From positions 433,626 to 463,867 of the forward strand of contig CAID01000010.2 of the NCBI GenBank assembly GCA_000214015.2: a stretch of DNA of 30,242 bases, given 5' to 3'. Position numbers and translations under genes: made by a program. Under the pieces are notes generated by a model. It worked only from the letters and a program-made list of their open reading frames with translations. It was not told where the DNA came from and made no database searches. How positions within the stretch are numbered: position 1 is the stretch's first letter; every line of letters begins with the position of its first letter. The DNA comes from Ostreococcus tauri. Its lineage: Eukaryota. This document shows positions 1-7,262 of this stretch, in pieces.

Positions 1-73
1 GAAGTTCGACAACGGGCGCCGGGAACGGTGACGCACTACGTCTGGGCGCTCGCGCCGTCTGGACGTGTGCGCG

Positions 74-436
74 ATGTGGGCGAATGGACGGGTGAATCGA
101 TCGGGACGGGAGACGGCGCTCGCGGCGCTGGCGCTCGGCGCGGCGCTCGGACGGCGGACGGGCTCGACGTGCGCGTTGGTGCTCGGTGGTGTGGCGATGC
201 GGATCGGGGGTGGGGACGTCGGGGTGTTTGTCATGTGTCTCGCGTTCGCGATCGCGAGGCGGTTGGCGCGAGAGGTGGGGGAGGAGGTGTATTTCAGGCA
301 CTGGGGAGGCACCGCGGCGTGCGAAGCCGTGGCGTTGGCGATGACGGAGTTCGACGTGTTCGCGTCGTCCAGGGCGCGCGCGCGGGCGTTGGAGCGACGA
401 CGAGAGCTCGTGGCGAGGATTAAAAAGGTGGGTTAG
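74..436 (+). CDS. hypothetical small membrane protein (possibly last exon of a gene starting left of the window)
   Basis: Track ORF 65..436 opens on GTG. The first ATG is at 74, and an in-frame TGA at 29-31 closes the frame upstream. Two hydrophobic helix-like stretches (ALAALALGAALG, VGVFVMCLAFAIA), mostly G/C-ending codons, and TGTAA 19 nt after the TAG stop. No family recognised. Confidence 0.35.
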   Translation: MWANGRVNRSGRETALAALALGAALGRRTGSTCALVLGGVAMRIGGGDVGVFVMCLAFAIARRLAREVGEEVYFRHWGGTAACEAVALAMTEFDVFASSRARARALERRRELVARIKKVG

Positions 437-455
437 CCGACCGATTGTGATTTAA

Positions 456-460
456 TGTAA
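456..460 (+). terminator. TGTAA putative poly(A) signal
   Basis: TGTAA 19 nt after the stop at 434-436. UGUAA is the established poly(A) signal of green algae. Confidence 0.4.
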
Positions 461-496
461 AAGGATGTACTCACGCGGAACTGGACGCGCGTCGAC

Positions 497-2201
497 TCAA
501 TTGGAGTCGATCGATTTGTACAACGCGTTCAAAAGGGTGACGCCGTACGCCGTCGCGAGTCCGTCCTTGGTATTTCCCGGACCCGCCATATCGAGATGGA
601 CCCACGCGGTGTCTTCGCGCGCGACCCAATCGGGGTGCAAGTGATTCGCGATGAACTGGCCAGCGCAGCTCGACTGCGCGTTGGCGCGATCGGCGACCGA
701 GTTCTTCATATCCGCGACCTTGGACGCGAACTCGGATTTGAACATCTCCGGAGAATACGGAAGCGGGTGCACCAAATCGCCAGTGAGTTTACCGAGCTTA
801 ACGATGAGGTTCTCCATGTCCTCGTCGTCGGTGACGAGACCGGCGTGCTTTCGACCGGTGGCGATCATCTGCGCGCCCGTCAACGTGGCCATGTCGACGA
901 CGACGGACGGCTTACTCGTCTTCGCGACACCCGTGATGTAAGCCACGCCGTCCGCGAGAACGAGTCGACCTTCGGCGTCGGTGTTGTTGATTTCGACCGT
1001 TTTACCGCTCTTACCGACGAGAATGTCGTCGGGACGAATCGCTCCCGAACCCACCGCGTTTTCGGCGATGCACAAGACGAGATCGAGCGGCGTCTTGAAG
1101 TTGCTCTCGGCATCTTCGCGTACGATGGATTCGAACGCGCAGAGCGCGCCCGCGGCGCCGCCCATGTCCGTCTTCATGCCACACATTCCATCCTTTGACT
1201 TGATCGAAAGCCCGCCGGTGTCAAAGGTGATGCCCTTGCCAACAAAGGCGACGGACGCGGCGTTCGGATCCTTACATCCCTTGGGCGTGAAGCGCAGGTG
1301 CACGAGCGCGGGATCTCTTCCGTCTCGTGATGCCGCGCTTCCGACTCCTGCGAGACAGCCGTATCCTTCCTCGACGAGCTGCTTGTACCTCTTGATCTCG
1401 ACCACTTCGACGCTCGCCCCGAGCTCGCTCGCGACGAGTTTGGCTTCGTCCACGAAAGCGCAGGGAGTCAAATCATTCGGCGCCGCGTCCACGAGCGCTT
1501 GACATCTACGCAGAGGCTTGGGTAACGACCTCGTCTCCGGTCCAGTCCACAGTTCGCCATCGACGAGAACGCCGATGAAGACGTCACCGTCCACCTTTGC
1601 GTCGCTCGCCGCGTACTTTTTCGCGTACGGCGGCAACGCCCGTCCGAGCGCGCTCAACGCGCTCGCCGCGTACGCCTCCATCTCTCTCGGCAACGCCACG
1701 ACGCACACCGCCGTCCGCGTCTTACGATCCGCGATCGCCGACTTCGCGTTCGCCGTGATCGCGTGCGAAGAAATCGGCGAGTTATGCCTCGACACCTCCT
1801 GCGTCGCCGCGCCACCAATCGCCCATCCGTCAGTCTCATTCCACCACCCGCGTCCTCGTCCCGTTCGCGACGCCGCATCGCACCTCCGGCAAAGCCGACA
1901 CCACCACCTCCGCCATCGCCGTCCCCTCTCCGAACGCCAACGCGCTCGTCTTCGTCGATCCGCCCTCGACGCGACGCGCGAGCTGATGAAACGTCTCTCG
2001 CCGCGTCGCGTCCTCGCCGAACACCCCGAGCGCCGTCGCCGCCTCGCACAGCGTCGACGCGCGTCCGCACACGAACACCTTCACCTCCGCCTCCGTCGTG
2101 GCCACGGCGACGTCCGCGAGGTCGTCGAACGTCCGCATCGTCGACGACGCGAGCCATCGCGCGTCGTGATGTCCATCCATCGCCGCGAGCGCGCGCGGCA
2201 T
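497..2201 (-). CDS. LAP: leucyl aminopeptidase, peptidase family M17 (two exons: 2201..1884 and 1798..497)
   Basis: ORF 497..1795 carries the M17 signature NTDAEGRLVLAD plus VGKGITFDTGG and DMGGAAG. That ORF opens on GTG (1795), not ATG. A second minus-strand ORF ending at 1836 (...MRTFDDLADVAVATTEAEVKVFVCGR...VVVSALPE) reads like the missing N-terminal domain. Joining across an 85-nt GT..AG interval gives about 539 aa, a normal LAP size. The ATG at 2201 was verified (cat on the plus strand). Fallback model: ATG at 1681 (497..1681). Confidence 0.85.
1799..1883 (-). other. putative spliceosomal intron (85 nt) in the aminopeptidase gene
   Basis: Minus-strand donor CCGGAG|GTGCGATG, branch-like GAGACTGACGG 30 nt before the acceptor, acceptor GACGCAG|GAGGTG. 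The length is not a multiple of 3 and exactly corrects the frame change between the two ORFs. It contains the in-frame TGA that ends the upstream ORF. Confidence 0.55.
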
Positions 2202-2321
2202 CGCGCGTCGACCGCGTCCGAGGCCGCGGCCGAGGTCGCGACGAACGCGCGCGCGATCGGGACGTCGCGCGATCGGTCGCGACGACGTTCCCGTGGGCAT
2301 GCGCCGAGGGATGACGCATCG
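2202..2321. promoter_or_regulatory. inferred bidirectional promoter (LAP / Ycf33-like), 120 nt between divergent ATGs
   Basis: Head-to-head ATGs at 2201 (-) and 2322 (+). No other ATG-initiated coding-like frame lies between them. Confidence 0.35.
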
Positions 2322-2912
2322 ATGCGGTCGATGCGATGCGTCGGCACCGCGCGACGCGCGATGCTTCCGGGGACGACGACGGCGACGGCGGTGAGGATGA
2401 CGGCGGCGCGGCGGTGCGCCCCGACCGGCGCGCGAACGACGCGGTCGACGGGACGGCGTGGAAGGCACAGACGACGGGTCGACGTGGGCGCGAGGAAGCG
2501 ATCGGCCGACGACGACGATGGGACGCGCGCGGTGGACGCGCGAACGATCGATGGCGCGCGCACGGCGACGTTGGCGCTGTCGACGCTCGCGGTGGTGCTC
2601 GCGATGGGTGGGATGGATGGAGACGCGGGCGCGACGGCGGCGGATAACGTCGGACGGGCGTTCGACGGCGGCGACGCGTTGTTCGACCTCGCGGGCGGGG
2701 AGGTGCCGTTCTGGGCGAACATGGTGAAGTACGCGCGATTTTCAATCTCCATCATGGTTGGGTTCGCGTACATGTTCGGTCGGCCGGTGGTGGCGCTGAT
2801 GAAGAAGCCGCAGACGGCGGCGCTCGTGGCGCTCGCGGCGGGGGGCGGGTACGTCTTCTTCAAGTTTACGATTGAAACCATGCTCGGCCTGAACGACGTC
2901 GAGACGCTTTGA
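2322..2912 (+). CDS. Ycf33 / DUF751-like small thylakoid-type membrane protein with long Arg/Ala/Thr-rich presequence
   Basis: C-terminal 90 aa of track ORF 1518..2912: VPFWANMVKYARFSISIMVGFAYMFGRPVVALMKKPQTAALVALAAGGGYVFFKFTIETMLGL. This matches my memory of the Ycf33 pattern (FW.N..R.PRF.IS...G....P...L.K.P.T). The first in-frame ATG not overlapping LAP exon 1 is 2322 (MRSMRCVG...). The upstream part of the ORF is an Arg-rich shadow antisense to LAP. Confidence 0.55.
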   Translation: MRSMRCVGTARRAMLPGTTTATAVRMTAARRCAPTGARTTRSTGRRGRHRRRVDVGARKRSADDDDGTRAVDARTIDGARTATLALSTLAVVLAMGGMDGDAGATAADNVGRAFDGGDALFDLAGGEVPFWANMVKYARFSISIMVGFAYMFGRPVVALMKKPQTAALVALAAGGGYVFFKFTIETMLGLNDVETL

Positions 2913-2927
2913 TGATTTGATGATTTT

Positions 2928-2932
2928 TGTAA
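2928..2932 (+). terminator. TGTAA putative poly(A) signal (Ycf33-like gene)
   Basis: TGTAA 15 nt after the stop at 2910-2912. Confidence 0.4.
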
Positions 2933-2939
2933 GCTACGG

Positions 2940-2944
2940 TTACA
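2940..2944 (-). terminator. TGTAA putative poly(A) signal (Sfi1-like gene)
   Basis: Plus-strand TTACA, which is minus-strand TGTAA, 22 nt downstream of the minus-strand stop at 2967-2969. The two convergent signals lie 7 nt apart. Confidence 0.4.
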
Positions 2945-2966
2945 CTCTATTCGACGTCTACGTCAT

Positions 2967-3935
2967 CTATGAAACTATCGGCGCCGACGTCGACGCGCGG
3001 GTCGGCGTCCGCGCGGGCGACGCCGCGGGGGAGTTTGTCGTATCCTCGAGCGGCGTCGACGCGCGCGCGTCGTCCATCGCCGCGCGCCACGCGTGGAGGG
3101 CGCGTCGAGCGCGCGACTTCTCCGCGAACTCCATCGCGGCGTATCTCCGATGATTTCTCGCCGCGAAAGCCGCCCACGTCTGGAACGCGCTCGGAAGGAG
3201 GTACGCGTCTCGAAACGTCACCGCGAGCGCGTCGGTGTGCGCCGTCGCCATCGCCTCGAGCCGCCTCGCGCGGTCGCGCAGCATCAACCACGATCTCCAC
3301 GCGCGCGCGAGACGATCGACGTTCGCCGATCGCGTCCGCGCCGCCCGCGCGCGCCACGCGTCGAACGCGCTCGCGCGCGTCAACTTCCGATGAAACGCAG
3401 CCGCGCGCGCGAGCTCTCGCGCGCGTTCGCGCCCCTCGGCGACGAATCCACACCACCGCACGAACGCCCCGCACGTCACCCGCGCGTCGTCGTGCGACAC
3501 GGCGCGCGCGAATTCCGCGGCGTCGCGTCGTCTCGCCGCCGTCCGGACGCGCCACCGAATGAATTTCGTCGCTTGAATCCCTCGCTCGAGTCGTCGCGCC
3601 CGCGCCCAAACCACATCACGCCACGCCACGAACGCCGTCTCGACGACGCGCCGCGCCCGCGCGCGCGTCGTCCTCGACGTGAACGCTCGAACGCGCCGCG
3701 CGCGAATCGTCTCGCGCCGCCACGCATTCGTCGCCGCGCGCGTCGCCGCGTCGTCCCGCCACGCCCACGCCGCGCGCGCGCGTCCACGCCGCCGCGCGCG
3801 CGCGCACCACGCCCGCAGCGCTCGAACGCCGACGACGCGCGCGCGATGGGCGTCCGCGACCGCGTCCAGGGCGCGCGCGACGTCCACCAAAGTCACACCG
3901 AGCGCGCTCGATGCCGACGCCATCGGCATCGGCAT
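2967..3935 (-). CDS. Sfi1-like centrin-binding-repeat protein (Ala/Arg-rich, periodic [AF]xxW[RC] motif)
   Basis: Track ORF 2967..4172 opens on GTG inside the repeat array. The first ATG is 3935 (MPMPMASASS...). Repeated motifs are ALRAWCAR, ATNAWRRE, AFVAWRDV, KFIRWRVR, AFVRWCGF, AFDAWRAR, LARAWRSW, AFQTWAAF and ALHAWRAA. Trp falls at residues 43, 72, 105, 128, 161, 194, 213, 254 and 283 (spacings 19-41, modal 33). All codons checked end in G/C. Confidence 0.5.
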   Translation of the reverse strand: MPMPMASASSALGVTLVDVARALDAVADAHRARVVGVRALRAWCARARRRGRARAAWAWRDDAATRAATNAWRRETIRARRVRAFTSRTTRARARRVVETAFVAWRDVVWARARRLERGIQATKFIRWRVRTAARRRDAAEFARAVSHDDARVTCGAFVRWCGFVAEGRERARELARAAAFHRKLTRASAFDAWRARAARTRSANVDRLARAWRSWLMLRDRARRLEAMATAHTDALAVTFRDAYLLPSAFQTWAAFAARNHRRYAAMEFAEKSRARRALHAWRAAMDDARASTPLEDTTNSPAASPARTPTRASTSAPIVS

Positions 3936-4075
3936 CGAGGCTTTCGTTCGCCCGTCGTAACGCGCGATCGACGCGCGCGCGTCGACGACCACCGCCGGGG
4001 TCGAACGCGCGTCCACGGCCGCGGCGGCGGCGCCGTGGACGCGCGCGGGGGGTCTCGCGCGCGGGACGATGACGA

Positions 4076-4520
4076 CGTGTCGGGTGTTTTCAACAATGTG
4101 TGCACCACCGCGACACCACCGTCGCGTGTTTTCAACACCAGTGCGCGCGTCACCATCGCGTGCGTCGACCACCGGTGTGCGCGTCGATAGTGCGCGTCAC
4201 CATCGCGTGCGTCGACCACCAGTGCGCGTGCAACCATCGCGTGTTCTCAACAATGTGTGCACCACCGCGACACCACCATCGCGTGTTTTGAACACCAGTG
4301 CGCGCACTAGCGCGTCACCGTCGCGTGTTCTCAACAGCCGCGTGCGCATGGATAATGCGCGTCACCATCGCGTGCGTCGTTCACCAGTGCGCGCGCGACC
4401 ATCGCGTGGTCGCAACGACGTGCGCACGACCATCGCGTGTTCTCAACACCTCGGTGTGTGCGCACCACCACTATCGGGTGTTTTGGACGACACGGATGAC
4501 ATATCGGGTGTTTCGGAGTC
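4076..4520. repeat. degenerate tandem array, 12 units of 30-47 bp with core (C)ATCG(C/G)GTG, in the Sfi1-like / MTN divergent intergenic region
   Basis: Core TCG[C/G]GTG starts at 4080, 4122, 4156, 4203, 4237, 4279, 4321, 4368, 4402, 4433, 4474 and 4504. There are two unit flavours: ...CGCGTGTTYTCAACA... and ...CGCGTGCGTCGACCACCAGTGCGCG. There is also a higher-order duplication: the 65-nt blocks 4084-4148 and 4241-4305 differ at 3 positions (offset 157 nt). Confidence 0.85.
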
Positions 4521-4602
4521 CCCTACCGACGAGTCCTGACTCGTACACGGCGCCATCTCTCGCCCCCGATCGCGCCCCCCGACCGCGACGTCCGCGCGCG
4601 CC

Positions 4603-5349
4603 ATGGCCCCCGCGCGCGTCATCGCGATCGTGTTCGCCATGGACGCCGAGGCGCGGCCGTTGATCGACGCCCTCGGGCTCGCCCCGAACCCACGCGCGTT
4701 CGCGCGCGTCGCCGGCTCGGTGCCGATGCGATGTCACAGCGGCCGCACGGCCGAAGGCGCGGACGTCCACGTCGTGACGAGCGGCACGTGCGAACGACAC
4801 GGCGTGTGCAACGTCGGTACCGTCGGTGCGGCGCTCTCGACGTACGAGACGTGCGCGAGCCTGAAGCCGGACGTGATCGTGAACGCGGGCACGGCGGGGG
4901 GATTCGCGAAGCGCGGCGGACGCGTGGGCGACGTCTACCTGGCGACGACGTTTAAGAATCACGATCGACGGATCCCGATCCCGGGATACGACGCGTACGG
5001 GGTCGGGGAGTACGAGGCGTGGCCGACGCCGAAATTGGCGGCGATGCTGGGGTGTAAACGCGGGACGGTGTGCACGGGGAACTCGCTCGACGCGACGGAG
5101 ACGTGTCGAAAGTTGTTGGATGAACACGACGCGTGCGTGAAAGAGATGGAGGCGGCGGCGATCGCGCACGTCGCGCACTTGTTTAAGGTTCCCATGATCG
5201 CGGTGAAGACGATCACGGACATCGTCGATGGGCCGCACGCGACGCAGGAGGAGTTTTTGGCCAACCTCGCGAGCGCGGCGGCGGCGCTCAAGGACGTCCT
5301 CCCCAAGGTCATCGCCTTCATCGACGGTCGCGATATGAACGATTTATAA
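4603..5349 (+). CDS. MTN: 5'-methylthioadenosine / S-adenosylhomocysteine nucleosidase (PNP_UDP_1 family)
   Basis: ATG verified at 4603. IAIVFAMDAEARPL, NAGTAGGF and KEMEAAAIAHVAHLFKVPMIAVKTITD are typical of MTA nucleosidases (plant MTN1/2, bacterial Pfs). Confidence 0.85.
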   Translation: MAPARVIAIVFAMDAEARPLIDALGLAPNPRAFARVAGSVPMRCHSGRTAEGADVHVVTSGTCERHGVCNVGTVGAALSTYETCASLKPDVIVNAGTAGGFAKRGGRVGDVYLATTFKNHDRRIPIPGYDAYGVGEYEAWPTPKLAAMLGCKRGTVCTGNSLDATETCRKLLDEHDACVKEMEAAAIAHVAHLFKVPMIAVKTITDIVDGPHATQEEFLANLASAAAALKDVLPKVIAFIDGRDMNDL

Positions 5350-5460
5350 TACTCCAACGCATCGTCTGTTGAATTTAAAACGACCGCGCGTCGCGTTCGA
5401 TCACCGTCACGCAGGCCCCGCTCGTCCGCACTCGCCGACGCGCGCTTTTCAGCCGCCGCC

Positions 5461-6291
5461 ATGCGTGATCGTCCACCCGACGCCCTCGACGTCGCCGTCG
5501 CCCTGCTCAAGAAGCGCGACGGCGTGGACAAGGTCCTTAAGCTCTTTCGCTACGCCACCATCTTCGCCGTGAGCGAGGCGAAACGAATGTCTCGAACCGC
5601 GAAGGATTCTTCTGGCGCCGAGTCTGTAACCGTCACCGAGTTCATTCGCGCCGGGACCGCGCTCGAACGCTCGATCGGGAGCGCGCGACGGGTCTATCGC
5701 GTCGGTAAGTTTCTTGGGAACGCGCAGGACCTGAGAGATGCGATCGCGGAGGCGGAGGCGAGTGGAAAACGTGGATACGGGAGGTTTCTGAACGCGGCGT
5801 GCGCGTGCGCGGCGTTGGAGGGCGCGTATTACTTCTTGGAGCAAGGCGTGTGGCTGTCGCGAGCGGGAGTGGTGATGCGCGAGCGAACGACGTTAGAGCG
5901 GTTGATTCGATGGAGCGCGCGGGCTGAAGTTGCGTCGTACGTGTTTTCCATCGCGTGCGCTTTGGAGGAGTATCGGGACGCGCTCGCGGAGGAAAAGGAC
6001 GCGAGAGACGGGCTCGTCGCCGCGACGTCGAGGACGCTCGCGATCGGAGTCAAGAGCGAAGGTGATATCGATGATTTACAAGCACGTTTGGCGGGCGCTC
6101 TGAAGGCGAAGCGCGGGGCTATTCGATCGATATGCACGGACGCGGCGGATGCGACGTTGTCCGTGGAGGACGCGGTGGACGTCGAGGGGTTCGAAATCAC
6201 CAACGAACGCTTCGTGAACGTCTTAGGACTCCTCACCGCGGTCTTGGACTTTAGTAGTAAGCTCGAGGACGCGGTGGATTCGTTCAATTAG
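5461..6291 (+). CDS. PEX11: peroxisomal biogenesis factor 11 (PEX11) family protein
   Basis: ATG at 5461. Order of elements as in PEX11: LLKKRDGVDKVLKLFRYATIF (RDK..R..QY-like), ARRVYRVGKFLGNAQDL (ARKVFRLxKF-like), YYFLEQGVWLSRAGV (DQ..WL..G-like). Motif-level recognition only. Confidence 0.65.
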   Translation: MRDRPPDALDVAVALLKKRDGVDKVLKLFRYATIFAVSEAKRMSRTAKDSSGAESVTVTEFIRAGTALERSIGSARRVYRVGKFLGNAQDLRDAIAEAEASGKRGYGRFLNAACACAALEGAYYFLEQGVWLSRAGVVMRERTTLERLIRWSARAEVASYVFSIACALEEYRDALAEEKDARDGLVAATSRTLAIGVKSEGDIDDLQARLAGALKAKRGAIRSICTDAADATLSVEDAVDVEGFEITNERFVNVLGLLTAVLDFSSKLEDAVDSFN

Positions 6292-6315
6292 GGATTTTGG
6301 GGGGATGTTCAAGCG

Positions 6316-6320
6316 TGTAA
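6316..6320 (+). terminator. TGTAA putative poly(A) signal (PEX11)
   Basis: TGTAA 24 nt after the stop at 6289-6291. Confidence 0.4.
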
Positions 6321-6351
6321 ATTATTCTCACAAGACGATGACTTGGCGCGC

Positions 6352-6669
6352 TCACTTCTTGCCCGCGACGGCGTCCTTCCACGTCGAGCTCGCGCTGAAC
6401 GACGGGTAGTCCGTCGCCGGAATCTTCAACGGCGCTCCCGTCATCGGGTTTCTCCCGTCTCGCGCCGCGCGCGTCTTTCGCGCGAACGTGCCGAACTTGG
6501 AGATGGCCACCTTGTCGCCGCTCTGCACCGTGGCGCCGATGACGTCAAAGCACGCGTTCAGCACTCGACCGACGCTCGCCTTCGTCTCTCCCGTCTCCGC
6601 CGCCACCGCATCAATGAGCGTCTTCTTGTTCAATCCCGACGCCGTGGCGTAGGACCTGCGACGTATCAT
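6352..6669 (-). CDS. HU: bacterial-type histone-like DNA-binding protein HU (organellar nucleoid protein)
   Basis: LNKKTLIDAVAAETGETKASVGRVLNACFDVIGATVQSGDKVAISKFGTFARKTRAARDGRNPMTGAPLKIPA is a clear HU/IHF fold with the GRNP.TG..I.I signature. The track start 6762 is GTG. The first in-frame ATG is 6669 (MIRRRSYATAS...). An alternative two-exon model adds exon 7013..6973 (see the intron feature). Confidence 0.85.
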   Translation of the reverse strand: MIRRRSYATASGLNKKTLIDAVAAETGETKASVGRVLNACFDVIGATVQSGDKVAISKFGTFARKTRAARDGRNPMTGAPLKIPATDYPSFSASSTWKDAVAGKK

Positions 6670-6972
6670 CGAATCGTCCTCGTCAGTCGCGTCGCGCTTT
6701 CGATGGATTTTAAACGTCACCAAACCATCGCATCCGAACGCGTCGTCCTCCGTTCGATCCACCCCTCGTTCGCGCGTCGCACCGCGAGCGACACATCACC
6801 CTCGCGCATCGATCGCCCGCGCGTCGCCACCGCGCGCGCGCCGCGGTCTCGACCCACGCCCACGAGTCGTTTTCCCGCCCAATTGCACATTCGTCCCCCT
6901 CCCTCGCCGTCGCGTCCGTCGCTCGCCGCCTCTCTCTCTCGCGCGCGCTCGGTCGCGGCATCACGGGCGTAC
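6656..6972 (-). other. putative 317-nt intron joining a 41-nt first exon (7013..6973, MFAARGRRAVSRV-) to the HU ORF at 6655
   Basis: Donor GTGAG|GTACGCC at 6972, branch-like GCGACTGACGAGG 26 nt before the acceptor, acceptor ACGTCGCAG|GTCC at 6656. Phases match: exon 1 ends with 2 nt of a codon, and AG+G gives Arg. The predicted N-terminus MFAARGRRAVSRVRSYATASGLNKK looks like a targeting peptide. The alternative is a simple ATG at 6669. Confidence 0.4.
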
Positions 6973-7262
6973 CTCACGCGCGACACCGCGCGTCGCCCGC
7001 GCGCGGCGAACATCGTTCGTCACGCGTCGTCGCGAAGTGTCGCGCGCGGTGGATGATTCGATGCGGGACATTTTAGCCGTCGTACTGTTCGCCCACACGA
7101 CCGTCCGCGTCACCGAACCCTAATATATCACCCGCGCGTCGCGCGCGCGTCTCGTACTGTGCGTGGTGTATACGCTTTGTAATTCGCGCGGGAAAACGAA
7201 TCGCGAAACAATCGCCATCGCCGTCGCCGCGAACGCCCATCGACCCCGCACTGCGCCGACGC

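Noticed and set aside
1518-2321. First about 270 codons of plus-strand ORF 1518..2912
   Set aside because: This is an Arg/His-rich shadow antisense to aminopeptidase exons 1-2. Only the part from ATG 2322 reads like a real protein.
4069-4539. 156-aa ORF (and the overlapping 63- to 121-aa ORFs) through the repeat array; also considered a CRISPR-like array
   Set aside because: The peptide is just the repeat read in frame (..HHRVRRPPVR.. reiterated). The units are degenerate with variable 30-47-bp spacing and no unique spacers. The context is eukaryotic and there are no cas genes.
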